From: an uncultured Ignavibacteria bacterium
GTDB lineage: Bacteria > Zixibacteria > MSB-5A5 > SM1-73
Assembly (NCBI GenBank): GCA_964348415.1
Contig: CAYGCR010000002.1
Span: forward strand, 25,069-89,068
Length of the DNA stretch: 64,000 bases
Direction of reading: 5' to 3'
Shown here: piece by piece, positions 21,301 to 30,790 of the stretch
How positions within the stretch are numbered: the stretch's first letter is position 1
Layout of the letters: each line of letters opens with the position of its first letter
Made by a program: the position numbers and the translations under genes
The notes under the pieces: generated by a model
What the model was told of the DNA's origin: nothing
The model's database searches: none
The model's input: the letters and a program-made list of their open reading frames with translations, nothing else

Positions 21301-22573
21301 CAAATATGGTGTCCACCTGCGGATCGATGCTGACCGCAGCCACCGCCTGTGCGGTGATCTCGTTGTGAACCACGTCCGCGCCCACGAAATCTCCGGTCAA
21401 GTATCTCCCTGACCCTGTGGTCCCGACGCCCAGGATGTTTACCCTGTGCTTGATCTGGTCGCCCACAATCTTCAGGCCGCGCTTCACCGCCTCGATGGGG
21501 CGTCCTTCCGTCATCAGATAGATTCTGGCGATTACGTTCTTGTCCCCGTCGATGGCCACGACATTGGTTGACAGCGACCCCACGTCGACTCCCAGGAAGG
21601 CATCGATTCTCTCTCCTCCTGGTACTTTGTGACCTCTGGTAATCTCATAATACTTGTTTTCAGGAGAAGCAAAGACTAAAGGCTCTTTTCCTTTGTGTTG
21701 GCTTTTGCGGGAAGCCAAGTATTCGTTCAACTTGCTCAAACCTCGGAATGGGATATCCTGTCTCCCCGTACCCAGGACGGATAGTACCGCCCCGATGGCT
21801 CCCATCTCCTTGTAGAATTCCGGAATTACCAGCTCACCCTCGTTAAGTCCAAATACGTTCTCGAAAGCCCTTCTCATTCCCAGATTGGCGGCAACGCCGC
21901 CCTGAAAGGAGACGTCCTTATTGATCTTCTTCCCCTTGGCAATGGAGCCTTTGAAGTTCCTGGCCATGGCGAAGCAAAGTCCGGCCACGATATCATAGTC
22001 CGGAGTGGCGATCTGCTGGAGGTGGATCATATCTGATTTGGCAAAGACGCTGCACCTCCCCGCTATCCGCGGCGGATTCTTCGATCTCATTGCTAGCTCT
22101 CCAAACTCATCCTCGATGGATATCTTCAGCCGGTTGGCTTGTTGGTCCAGGAATGATCCGGTGCCAGCAGCGCAGAGGGTGTTCATGGAGAAATCTTCCA
22201 GCACCGGAGCGTTGGAAGCTTCGTCCCATCGCAGAAGAATCAGCTTGGAGTCCTCCCCTCCCATCTCTATTACGGTTCGGACATCCGGACACAAGAAGCT
22301 GGTGGCTTTGACCTGGGCGATCACTTCGTTAACGAAGCTTCCGCCCAAGATGGAATTTATCAGCTTTCCACCGGTCCCGGTGAGAGCTAAGGATTTGATT
22401 TCGAGCGGGTGGAACTGCTCAAAAAGACCTTCCAGGATCCCTTTTAAAGTGGAAAGCGGCTGACCATTTGATCTGCGGTAATAGGATAGCAGTATCTCTC
22501 GTTCGGCGGACAGCAGGACCACCTTTACGCTGACCGAGCCTACATCAATGCCCAAATATAGATTCTCTTTCAT
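18320..22573 (-). CDS. CoA-substrate-specific enzyme activase family fusion protein: two BadF/BadG/BcrA/BcrD-type ATPase domains plus a C-terminal DUF2229-like region, 1417 aa.
   Basis: Both activase domains start with the acetate/sugar-kinase-fold DVGS motif (LGIDVGSVSVKVVLL and LGVDVGSLSTNVVAI) and contain a conserved CAAGTGSFL-type segment, resembling HgdC/BcrA-type activators. Confidence 0.8.
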   Translation of the reverse strand: MKENLYLGIDVGSVSVKVVLLSAEREILLSYYRRSNGQPLSTLKGILEGLFEQFHPLEIKSLALTGTGGKLINSILGGSFVNEVIAQVKATSFLCPDVRTVIEMGGEDSKLILLRWDEASNAPVLEDFSMNTLCAAGTGSFLDQQANRLKISIEDEFGELAMRSKNPPRIAGRCSVFAKSDMIHLQQIATPDYDIVAGLCFAMARNFKGSIAKGKKINKDVSFQGGVAANLGMRRAFENVFGLNEGELVIPEFYKEMGAIGAVLSVLGTGRQDIPFRGLSKLNEYLASRKSQHKGKEPLVFASPENKYYEITRGHKVPGGERIDAFLGVDVGSLSTNVVAIDGDKNVIARIYLMTEGRPIEAVKRGLKIVGDQIKHRVNILGVGTTGSGRYLTGDFVGADVVHNEITAQAVAAVSIDPQVDTIFEIGGQDSKYVSLQDGAVVDFEMNKVCAAGTGSFLQEQAEKLSINIEEEFGDLALKSRCPVNCGERCTVFMESDLVAHQQSGIPKEDLVAGLACSIVYNYLNKVVGDKRVGNHIFFQGGVAWNKAVVAAFEEVIGKKVTVPPHHDVTGAIGAAILAMEEYKGGKSSFKGFDLSEKQYSISTFECTDCPNRCEIKEVKVEGERPLFYGSRCEKYDTKRKSKRPSIPDLFRERERILFNLHKEFVSSQVGLKTTTRKKIGIPRSLFLYEFFPYWATFFEELGFEVVLSDPTNKKIIRQGAEQVLSESCFPVKVAHGHVLNLLNKKVDYIFIPSLINMQKEDDHNQENYACPYVQSLPYVMKAAINLEDYSTRLISFPVYFQLDRGILLKTLARLGSELKRTKRQIAQAMLKAEACQEEFYRRLALKGKEVLRDLQENQKALVIVGRPYNTCDLELSLNLPKKLADLGAPAIPMDFLIHDPQIKRDHLPNMYWKYGQKILAASEVLKMHKNLFGLYVTNFGCGPDSFITHFFRKNVCGKPYLQIELDEHSADAGVITRCEAFLDSLKKYRPPYDKKPPAQKYKIAVSENHRTLYIPYMCDHALSFEAALEACGQEAHVMDESDEETLILGRKFTTGKECYPCILTTGDLLKFLRKPEVDADKVAFFMPKANGPCRFGQYHNLHRVILDEMGYPNVPIVSPDSKDSYSTVSNLDGDFRKLAWKGMVTTDLLAKLLHQNRPYEKKKGETDRVHRRCLEQLARTIRSKGDIEETLTWAKHMFRKIEMDREKRKPIIGVVGEIYIRSNRFSNNSLVRKIEALGGEAWVAGMAEWINYTTYMYKRLSLLKRSYKDYAKGWLTDRIQRGKEYRLEKRLEGSILEGHEPGIEHILELASPYLHESFGGEAILSVGKAIDYIDHGLSGIVNTMPFACMPGTVVTAISKKIREDFDNVPWLNLAYEGLEDVNEITRLEAFMHQAREFKKRKRQSGQRMEQIKRMQT

Positions 22574-22842
22574 TCTTAAAGCTGGATTGAAGTTTTCAGT
22601 CCATTGAAAAATTGGATTCGGGCATTCCTATCCCTCGCCTAAAATCGGACTAAATTATACAATTGCAAGTCAAACTTGTAAAGACTTTTTTAATGCTTTT
22701 TTGGCTGCACCTAGTTTTCCAAATTTGCCCTTTCCAATTTCGAAAAATGGCTTAAATTGAAGCAAACTGTCGGGACAACTGGCTTGTGACTTGGCCGCAT
22801 TCTTTGGACCGAAGGATCTTCTTAAATCTAAAGGTTCAGTAC

Positions 22843-23730
22843 ATGCCTCTAACAGCGCTTCTCTTGGTTTTAGTCTCAGCTTTTCTTCAAGCCGCTTTGA
22901 ATGTGCTGATAAAGGGGAGCGGCAGGAAGGTCGCCTTTGTCGCCAGCGCAAATTTGATCAGCGTGGTGCTTTATCTTCCGTTGTTTCTCTGGGGACGAAA
23001 CCTGTTAGGAGAAGAAGGCCTCCCCATCAGCTTGTGGTCATGGATTGGTGTCCTGGCATGCGGAGCGGTAGGTCTGGTCTACTACCTGTTCATAACCAAG
23101 GCTTATGACAACGGAGACCTGTCCGTGGTCTTTCCGGTAACCCGAAGCTTTGGACCTATATTCATCTTGATCTTTGCTTTGATACTTTTGAGCGAAAAGG
23201 TCTCTTATTTGGGACTGCTTGGCATCCTGGTTACAATCTTCGGCTCGTACGTGATACACCTCCCGTCTTTCAGGCTTTCTCATCTCTCACTGCCCTTCAG
23301 AGCCTTCAAAAGCAGGCCTTTTCTTTTCTCCGTGGGAGCGGGCGCATGCACCGCCACATATTCTCTGATCAACAAGAAGAACCTGGAGGCCGTTGAGCCA
23401 TTCACCTTGTATTACTTGATAATTGCCTGCATGACTCTGGATCTGGTGGCCGTCCTCTTGCTGAAAAGGAAAAGCGGGCAGATCAAGGAGGAATTCAGGG
23501 AAAACCTGAAGGGTCTTCTGCTGATGGGGATTTTCGGCTTTATCAGTGCTGCTCTGTTTTTGTATGCTTTACAGATGAGCAAGGTTAGCTATCTGGGGTC
23601 CGCCAGAAACGTAAGCATTGTTTTCGGTGTGATCCTGGGGAATCTCTTTCTCCAGGAGGGATATGGAAAGATAAGACTCTTCGCCTCTCTTTTGATTCTC
23701 TTCGGGATATTTCTTATATCTGTCAGTTAG
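22843..23730 (+). CDS. EamA/DMT-superfamily permease.
   Basis: About 10-TM protein with duplicated EamA-like halves. An alternative upstream start lies at 22786. Confidence 0.7.
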   Translation: MPLTALLLVLVSAFLQAALNVLIKGSGRKVAFVASANLISVVLYLPLFLWGRNLLGEEGLPISLWSWIGVLACGAVGLVYYLFITKAYDNGDLSVVFPVTRSFGPIFILIFALILLSEKVSYLGLLGILVTIFGSYVIHLPSFRLSHLSLPFRAFKSRPFLFSVGAGACTATYSLINKKNLEAVEPFTLYYLIIACMTLDLVAVLLLKRKSGQIKEEFRENLKGLLLMGIFGFISAALFLYALQMSKVSYLGSARNVSIVFGVILGNLFLQEGYGKIRLFASLLILFGIFLISVS

Positions 23731-23740
23731 AGCGTCCGCC

Positions 23741-24880
23741 TCAAGTATACCCCAGGGACCTGAAATACAATTCCTCGATTTTGTCCAAAACCAAATTCAG
23801 ATCATATTCCTCTTCCACCTTCTTCCGCGCATTTGCAGCTTTGCTTTGAGCAAGCTGGGGATTGATCAGATATTGTTTGATTGCATTCGCCAAGGGCGGA
23901 GCTTCTCGAGGCGGTACAAGGATGGCGCAATTGCCATTATCCAGGATTTCCGGATTCCCTCCTGAATCAGTAGCCACTATCGGGATCCGCATGGCCATGG
24001 CTTCGAGAAGGGAATTGCTGAAGTTCTCTTTGTATGAGGGCAGGACAAATACATCCAGAGCCTTCAATATTTGCGGAGTATCGGTGCGGAAGCCGGCAAG
24101 AATCACGTTTTCTTCCAGTTTGAATTCCCCTATTAACCGACGTATCTTATCACCAAATCCTGTCGTCTCTCCTTTGGTCTCCTCGCCCACCAGCAGGAAT
24201 TTGCACTTCGGGAATTCCTTGACCACGTCAGAAGCAGCATACACCAGCTCTTCCTGGCCCTTTCCTTGATCCAGGCGACCAATTAAACCCACCAGCGATT
24301 CGTCGTCTCTTATCGAGAATTCCTCCCTTATCACATTCGTGTTGTATCTGTCAGGCGAAAATCTTGACAGATCCACACCATTAGGTATGACCACCATATC
24401 TTCCGAGGCGAGGGGAAGACATCTCAGAAAGGAATTCGTGGCTATGTGACTTAGAGCGATCATTTTCTCCAGTCTCTTATACAGTAACTTGTGTGCCCAG
24501 TCCTTCTTTCTGACCCGGCTGAACAGCATACGGGAGGTGGCGAAAAGCTTCACACTGGGTAGTCCCCAGAGAGCAGGGGAGAGCAGCCATAGATCGTGAG
24601 TAAAATGCGAATGCACGATCTGGACTTTATTATCTTTGACCAATCTTCGGACTTTTGACACGCTCAGAGGAGAGTAACGGCTGAGGATGCTCAGAGAGAA
24701 GTGAGGCAATCCACTCTCACGGAGGTTCCTGTGAAGCTCACTTCCCGTCTTGCAGAGGCAGAAGGATCGGTGTCCCCGCTCCATGAAATATCTGGTCATC
24801 TTCAATGATGACATCTCCAGTCCGCCCCAGCTCTCGGAAAGACAGACCTGGAGGATATTGAGGGAGGATTTTGGTGGCAC
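23741..24880 (-). CDS. Glycosyltransferase, GT4 (GT1-fold) family.
   Basis: C-terminal EGFG/E-x7-E retaining-GT4 signature: LPSYKENFSNSLLEAMAMRIPIVATDSGGNPEIL. Confidence 0.8.
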   Translation of the reverse strand: MPPKSSLNILQVCLSESWGGLEMSSLKMTRYFMERGHRSFCLCKTGSELHRNLRESGLPHFSLSILSRYSPLSVSKVRRLVKDNKVQIVHSHFTHDLWLLSPALWGLPSVKLFATSRMLFSRVRKKDWAHKLLYKRLEKMIALSHIATNSFLRCLPLASEDMVVIPNGVDLSRFSPDRYNTNVIREEFSIRDDESLVGLIGRLDQGKGQEELVYAASDVVKEFPKCKFLLVGEETKGETTGFGDKIRRLIGEFKLEENVILAGFRTDTPQILKALDVFVLPSYKENFSNSLLEAMAMRIPIVATDSGGNPEILDNGNCAILVPPREAPPLANAIKQYLINPQLAQSKAANARKKVEEEYDLNLVLDKIEELYFRSLGYT

Positions 24881-24929
24881 TTCCTTCGTCCGTTATTGTT
24901 GCAATTGAGCAGTGCCGACGAACTCAGGA

Positions 24930-26228
24930 CTATCTGCCAGTTGCCAGGTAGTTGAATCCCATGCTCCGCATCCTGAGTGGATCGCAGATATTCCGGGTAT
25001 CGACAAGATTAGGCGAGCGCATTGAACTCTTCATCTTTTCCCAATCCAGCTCCTTGAACTGTTTCCACTCAGTCAGCACTATAAGGCAATCGCAACCCCT
25101 TGCCACATCGTAAGGATCTGCTCCGTAGTAGATGGTTGGAAACAGTTTTTTTGCTTCATTCATTGCGGCGGGATCGAATACCCTGACGCAAGCGTTTTCT
25201 TCCAGAACCTTCCGAATAACCACCACAGAGGGGGACTCTCTGATATCGTCTGTATTGGCCTTGAAGGACAGTCCCAGAATTCCGAGGGTCTTCTCCTCCA
25301 GCGCGCCCACTAATCTCTTCACTTTTGACACAACTGCCTCTTTTTGCCTTCGATTTGCCTCCATCACGCATTTGCCCAGTTTGAAATCATATCCCGACCA
25401 GGCAGCAATTTTGGTTAACGCCCAAAGGTCCTTCGGCAGACAGGACCCGCCGAATCCGGGTCCGGGAGACAGAAATTCGGGACCGATCCTTTTGTCTAGA
25501 GCCATGGCCTGGGTTACCTCTTTTATGTCCACACCCAATCTTTCGCAGATGTTGGCTATTTCGTTAACAAATGAGACCTTGGTAGCCAAGAAGCTGTTGG
25601 ATGCGTATTTGATCATCTCAGCAGTCTCATTGGTACAGATTACGAAAGGGGTCCGATTCTGATAGAACGGAGAGTAGATGCGCTTTAACGTGTCCAGAGC
25701 GCGCTGAGAAAGTGTCCCCAAGATAACTCTTTGAGGATGCATGAAGTCCTTGACTGAGCAGCCTTCTCTCAGAAATTCTGGGTTGGAGACGACATCGAAT
25801 TCGACTGATCGTTTCTGATTTTCCCTCACCATCATTCTCACCCGCTTGGCCGTGCCCACCGGAACGGTGCTCTTGATCACGATGACCTTGTAGTCATCCA
25901 TGAAATGTGCTATGTCTTTCGCCACGACTTCCAAATTGGAGAGATCTACTTCACCATCATCCAGCGGGGGTGTGCCCACGGCGATAAAGATCACCTGGGA
26001 ACGTTCCACTCCCTGCTTCAAATCATGTGTGAAGTGAAGACGACCCATTTCTGTGTTCTTTCTGACCAGATCTTCCAGGCCTGCCTCGTAAACCGGCACG
26101 GCTCCTCTCTTCAAATCCTCAATCTTACTGCGATTGTTGTCTACACATATCACTTTCATTCCAAAATCTGACAGGCAGGCACCTGTCACCAGACCAACGT
26201 ATCCCGTTCCCACCACGCAAATGCTCAT
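24930..26228 (-). CDS. ugd: UDP-glucose 6-dehydrogenase (nucleotide-sugar dehydrogenase family).
   Basis: N-terminal Rossmann motif ICVVGTGYVGL and the catalytic Cys segment GFGGSCLPKD. Confidence 0.85.
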   Translation of the reverse strand: MSICVVGTGYVGLVTGACLSDFGMKVICVDNNRSKIEDLKRGAVPVYEAGLEDLVRKNTEMGRLHFTHDLKQGVERSQVIFIAVGTPPLDDGEVDLSNLEVVAKDIAHFMDDYKVIVIKSTVPVGTAKRVRMMVRENQKRSVEFDVVSNPEFLREGCSVKDFMHPQRVILGTLSQRALDTLKRIYSPFYQNRTPFVICTNETAEMIKYASNSFLATKVSFVNEIANICERLGVDIKEVTQAMALDKRIGPEFLSPGPGFGGSCLPKDLWALTKIAAWSGYDFKLGKCVMEANRRQKEAVVSKVKRLVGALEEKTLGILGLSFKANTDDIRESPSVVVIRKVLEENACVRVFDPAAMNEAKKLFPTIYYGADPYDVARGCDCLIVLTEWKQFKELDWEKMKSSMRSPNLVDTRNICDPLRMRSMGFNYLATGR

Positions 26229-26232
26229 AGGT

Positions 26233-27213
26233 TCAACCTCGTTGTCTCAAAGGCTGGGTGGTATGCCCCTTGTGCTCTCTGAACCAATTCACAAAGAGCC
26301 TGACTCCCTCTTCGATGCCAGTTTCAGTCTTATAGCCCAGCATCCTTTCGGCCTTGCTGACGTCGGCATAGGTTACATCCACGTCCCCCGGCTGGGGAGG
26401 CAAGTTTTTTATCTTTGCTTTCTTATTCAGGTTTTCCTCCAGCAGTCTGACTAAAGAGTTCAGCTCCACCGGTTCCGAATGGCCCAAATTGAATATCTCG
26501 AATCCGCATTTTTTATCTAAAGCGGACATTACACCCTGGATAATATCCGTGATGTAGGTGTAGTCTCTCCGGCTGGTCCCATCTCCGAACAGGGGGATTT
26601 CTTTTCCCTGTTCGATGAGGTCGGTGAAACGGTGGATGGCCATCTCCGGTCTTTGCCTGGGACCGTAAGCGGTAAAAAATCGGAGGCAGTTCACGTTCAG
26701 GCCATACAGGTAGTGGTAGGTAGCGCACAGAAGCTCACCCGCCTTCTTGGTGGCCGCGTACGGAGAAACCGGCAGGTCCACCCGGTCCTCCTCGCTGAAC
26801 GGCACCTTCTTGCTGTTTCCGTATACCGACGAGGAAGAGGCGAAGATGAAGTTCTCCGCTCCGTATTTTCTGCTCATCTCCAAGAGATTAGCCGTTCCCT
26901 GCACATTCACCTCAGTATACAAAAGAGGGCGCTTGAGTGAATAGCGCACTCCCACACAGGCGGCTAAGTGCACCACCTTCTCGATTCGGTCTTGTTCAAA
27001 GATGGTTTCGAGCAGGCCCAAGTCACGAATGTCGCCCTGGAATAGTGCGAAGTCTCGGCTCTTTGAGCTTTCCTTGATGTTCATCCTCTTGATCTGCGGA
27101 TCGTAGTAGTCGTTGAAGTTGTCCAGACATATCACCCTTTGGCCTGAGGACAATAACTTCTCTACCACGTGTGAACCAATGAATCCGGCCCCGCCGGTTA
27201 CCAGTATAGACAT
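26233..27213 (-). CDS. NAD-dependent nucleotide-sugar epimerase. Probably a UDP-glucuronate 4-epimerase, given the adjacent ugd.
   Basis: Extended-SDR fold: VTGGAGFIGSH and the YxxxK catalytic pair (YAATKKAGE). Co-oriented with ugd and separated from it by 4 nt. Confidence 0.75.
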   Translation of the reverse strand: MSILVTGGAGFIGSHVVEKLLSSGQRVICLDNFNDYYDPQIKRMNIKESSKSRDFALFQGDIRDLGLLETIFEQDRIEKVVHLAACVGVRYSLKRPLLYTEVNVQGTANLLEMSRKYGAENFIFASSSSVYGNSKKVPFSEEDRVDLPVSPYAATKKAGELLCATYHYLYGLNVNCLRFFTAYGPRQRPEMAIHRFTDLIEQGKEIPLFGDGTSRRDYTYITDIIQGVMSALDKKCGFEIFNLGHSEPVELNSLVRLLEENLNKKAKIKNLPPQPGDVDVTYADVSKAERMLGYKTETGIEEGVRLFVNWFREHKGHTTQPLRQRG

Positions 27214-27670
27214 GATTCCTTAGGTTCGTTACGATGTCGGTCTCGACGGAATAGAGCGCGACTCTGTTCCGCACAACCCACAGTATGAGATTGGCTATTT
27301 AAAGTACAATCACCCTCTTTGTCAAGGACTTTCGTTCTCGGCACAAGTTTTTCTGTGTTGACACAAGATGGTCCTGAACTAAGCAATAGCTCATATGAGC
27401 CTAAGCTGCGAGTCGGAGACCAATGTTTCAATGACTCGACACCGGAATATCGGATTTCAACCTGCACAATTTCCTTTTCACCTCGTACAAATATTGTGCG
27501 GAAGTGGAGAACAGGGAGAAGCTCGGCTGATGATCCGTATTTGCCAAGTATTTAATATACAGCCGGTTGTGGCGAACACTTAACCTTGTAGATCAAGCGG
27601 TGAGACTCGGCATGAGGGTTGCATACAAGAAGCCGGTGGTGCAGGAAAGTCAGGATAAGGAGAAGATAAA

Positions 27671-28507
27671 ATGAAAAAGAGCTTTTTAATATTGATCCTG
27701 GGAATCGGTTTGGTCTTGGTCTTCGCTGGTTGTGAGGATGAAGTGTACATAGTTCGACCGGACTATACGCCGCCTTCGGTGCCCAAGGGACTTTACAGCG
27801 TGACGGCGGATGAGGCGGTTCATCTCTACTGGTGTGAGAACGATGAGAGCGATTTCAAAGAGTACCGTATATATAGAAGGGTGGACGGAGACGAGTATTA
27901 CTATCGAATTGCCACTACCACGGTAGCTAAATACGTAGATCGGGCGGTGAAAAACGGGGTGACCTATGTTTATGCCGTGACCGCGAGGGACAGGTACGGC
28001 AACGAGAGTGATTTTTCAGAAACAGCTTTTGACACGCCGAGGCCGGAGGGCTTTAACTGGGTAATGTACGATCGTTTCTACAAACCCTCGCTTTCAGGTT
28101 TCGACTTCTCTGAGGAGGAGGTTCTCGACTGGCGGGACTCCGATGCGGATATCTACCTTGAATACGACGATTATCTGGAAGCTTTCTTCCTGTGTGTGGC
28201 GAACGATCAGACGGATATTCAGGATTTCGGTTACACCGATCACTTGGACGATGTAGACTACTCGCCTTTAGACGGGTGGTCTAAAGTGGGGTGGGTGGAG
28301 GCGATAGATGGGCACTGCTACATAATCTGGACCTGGAATGATCATTACGCCAAATTTAGGGTTGAGGAAATCTTTGGTGATGTCAAGATATATTTTGACT
28401 GGGCGTACCAGATCGATCCGGCTAATCGGGAGCTAGCTCCCAGACCACCTCACGGAGAAGATTACTTGAGGGTGGCTGCAAGAGAGCTGGCAGGGGCACA
28501 AAAATGA
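27671..28507 (+). CDS. Lipoprotein with a fibronectin type III-like domain and an acidic, aromatic-rich C-terminal region.
   Basis: Signal peptide with lipobox (LVFAGC). The FN3-like segment runs from LYWCENDESDFKEYRIYRR to VTYVYAVTARDRYGNES. Confidence 0.65.
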   Translation: MKKSFLILILGIGLVLVFAGCEDEVYIVRPDYTPPSVPKGLYSVTADEAVHLYWCENDESDFKEYRIYRRVDGDEYYYRIATTTVAKYVDRAVKNGVTYVYAVTARDRYGNESDFSETAFDTPRPEGFNWVMYDRFYKPSLSGFDFSEEEVLDWRDSDADIYLEYDDYLEAFFLCVANDQTDIQDFGYTDHLDDVDYSPLDGWSKVGWVEAIDGHCYIIWTWNDHYAKFRVEEIFGDVKIYFDWAYQIDPANRELAPRPPHGEDYLRVAARELAGAQK

Positions 28508-28564
28508 GGACGAAACCAAGAAGGCAGATGTATAGGATATCAACTCAAAACAGGAGCGATCAAG

Positions 28565-30013
28565 ATGTTGAAAATTAGCAAGTTAGGTGTGGTCTTGTTA
28601 GTGGCCGGTCTCAGTGTTACGACGGCCTTGTTCTGGGGACAGTCAAGCTTTGCCAGTGTGGGCGAAGGCATGGTCCGCGATTATGATGATTCCTATGGAG
28701 TAAGCCACCGTGTGATGTCCCGTCCGTACCTGGACATTGAAGTGTGGGTGGACAAAGGTGATGGAGCTACCTACTACCCCGGCGATGATATTAAGGTGTA
28801 CTTCCGGGCATCGCGGGACTGCTACGTGGTGGTTTACGATATCGACACCAGGGGATACGTCCACCTTCTCTACCCAGTTGATCGACGAGATGACCCTTAC
28901 GTAGAGGGTGGGAGAGTTTATAGAATACCGGACAGGTTCGATGACTACGAACTGACCGTCAACGGCCCGGATGGAGTGGAATACATCCAGGCGGTGGCAA
29001 GTTTCGAACCCTTAGATCTTCCGAACTTCCCCGGTGAATATTCATATGAGGGTGAGATATATGCATACCAGCTGGAAGGAGAAGACCCTTTTGAATTCAT
29101 GGCGGAAGTCAACGCCGAGATCGCCCCGTACGATTATGCATCGGATGTCTGCATTTTCAGCGTGGAGTATGCGCACCCCAGGTGGTATTACTGGCCGCGG
29201 GTAGTCTACGTGGATCGTCCGGTGGACCTACTCTGGGGAGGCGTCTACTTTGATTATCCCTGGGGCGTGGAAGTATGGATTGATGGAGTATTCTACGGTA
29301 TCACGCCCATCACCATTCCGGCGCTGGTTGTGGGAAGACATTACGTGAGCTTCTGGTATCACGGATGCTGGATATGGAGAGATTGGTTCCACGTAAGAAG
29401 CCACTACGTCGTAACCATTTGGCCTGACTGCCACGACCGCTACCGGTACGTGCATGAAAGATATGTGGAGAAAAGCTATCGGGCAGAAAAAGCCAAAAGA
29501 AGAAGAGGAGTTGGGAAAACCGGTGGGTTGGTAAAACCTGTGAGAATGGTGGAGAAGGGCGGACTGGCTAAAGCCGAGGTCGACCGCATCAAGAACGACA
29601 GGGAAATCAGAAGGGAAGGAGCGGCAAAGAGAAGTAGACTGAAAGATCGCCTCACTCCCTCGCGCATTTCCGAGAAGCAACAACCAAGGAAAATAGAAAA
29701 GGTAGTCAGGAGTCAAAGTCGAAGGTCGTCGCCTTCGGAAAGGCCCGCGACTTTTGACAAAGGAAAAGCTAAGGCAAGGAAGATCACGTCCAAGGGCCGG
29801 AGTCCCGAAAGGATAAGATCCGATCGCAAGCTTACCCGTCCGAAGCAGCCTTCCAAAGTGACGCCCCGGATCCGAGAAGACGACAGGTCAAAAGCGAAGG
29901 CCAGTACGATGAAAATAGGAAAGCCAAGAAGAGCAGTGGCAAAACCATCAGGTGTAAGGACAACCCAGGCGAAGAGACCAACCCACAGCAAACCGGACAA
30001 GAGAAGAAGATAA
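28565..30013 (+). CDS. Secreted DUF4384-like/PEGA-domain protein with a ~170-aa extremely basic (K/R/S/P-rich) C-terminal tail.
   Basis: Signal peptide. The PEGA-like segment is GVEVWIDGVFYGITPITIPALVVGRHYVSF. The tail is a low-complexity RRR/KAK/SPER region resembling histone H1. Confidence 0.65.
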   Translation: MLKISKLGVVLLVAGLSVTTALFWGQSSFASVGEGMVRDYDDSYGVSHRVMSRPYLDIEVWVDKGDGATYYPGDDIKVYFRASRDCYVVVYDIDTRGYVHLLYPVDRRDDPYVEGGRVYRIPDRFDDYELTVNGPDGVEYIQAVASFEPLDLPNFPGEYSYEGEIYAYQLEGEDPFEFMAEVNAEIAPYDYASDVCIFSVEYAHPRWYYWPRVVYVDRPVDLLWGGVYFDYPWGVEVWIDGVFYGITPITIPALVVGRHYVSFWYHGCWIWRDWFHVRSHYVVTIWPDCHDRYRYVHERYVEKSYRAEKAKRRRGVGKTGGLVKPVRMVEKGGLAKAEVDRIKNDREIRREGAAKRSRLKDRLTPSRISEKQQPRKIEKVVRSQSRRSSPSERPATFDKGKAKARKITSKGRSPERIRSDRKLTRPKQPSKVTPRIREDDRSKAKASTMKIGKPRRAVAKPSGVRTTQAKRPTHSKPDKRRR

Positions 30014-30200
30014 AGTCCTTTCGCCTGACGGCGGCATCGGGCTTGGATTCTACGAGGGAAGAACGTGAAGGCCCATGAGACAAATCTGTTGACAGACAGG
30101 CAAGGGATGTTATATTAGAAATAGTTATTCTAAGATCGATTCTTATGACTTAAGGCTTTCGATGGAAGGCGATATGCAAGACATTTACTTCTGACAAGAG

Positions 30201-30740
30201 GTGAGGGAGATGAAGAAAAGACTTATCATTCTTGTATGCATTTTGACCCTGTTGGCTTTTGTTTCTTCGGCCTCCGCCATAAATCGGGCGCCCAAGAAGA
30301 GTGCCGAAAGCAAGGATGAGCCGACTGAGCTCAAAGAGAAAACCAAGGATAGGGCGAAGACAAAGCCTAAATCGAGAGCTTCCTCCTTGTCTGAGAAGGT
30401 CGTCCGCAGCGGTCCAAGCAAGCAGCGGATAGTACCCAAAGAATCTAAGGATCCGAGACGAGGCTCTGAGAGCAAAGGGAGCAAGGAGAAGTATGACTAC
30501 TTCATGGATAAAAACAACAATGGCATCGACGACCGGTTGGAAAAGGACGTAAAGAAAAAAAGGGTCCCAAAGCAAGAGATGACCGAGAAGAAAGCCTCTG
30601 TTCCGTCGGAAAAAACGCCGGCCAAGATCAAACCCGTGGAGAGGACACCGCAGAAGGTGAAGGATACGGAGGTAAAGCAGAAGAAGGCACAGCCAAAGCG
30701 AAGAGAGATTGAGAGGAAGGGCCAAAGTAAGAGAAGATAG
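30201..30740 (+). CDS. Secreted low-complexity K/E/R-rich protein.
   Basis: Clear signal peptide (MKKRLIILVCILTLLAFVSSASA) followed by a charged low-complexity body. A strong terminator follows. Confidence 0.55.
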   Translation: MREMKKRLIILVCILTLLAFVSSASAINRAPKKSAESKDEPTELKEKTKDRAKTKPKSRASSLSEKVVRSGPSKQRIVPKESKDPRRGSESKGSKEKYDYFMDKNNNGIDDRLEKDVKKKRVPKQEMTEKKASVPSEKTPAKIKPVERTPQKVKDTEVKQKKAQPKRREIERKGQSKRR

Positions 30741-30790
30741 CTCACGATTTCTCACGCGTTTTTAAAGACTCCGTTCGGTTTTCACCGGAA

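Noticed and set aside
19265-22463. Multiple 60-200-aa plus-strand ORFs inside the activase gene.
   Set aside because: They are antisense frames within a gene that has strong, full-length family similarity.
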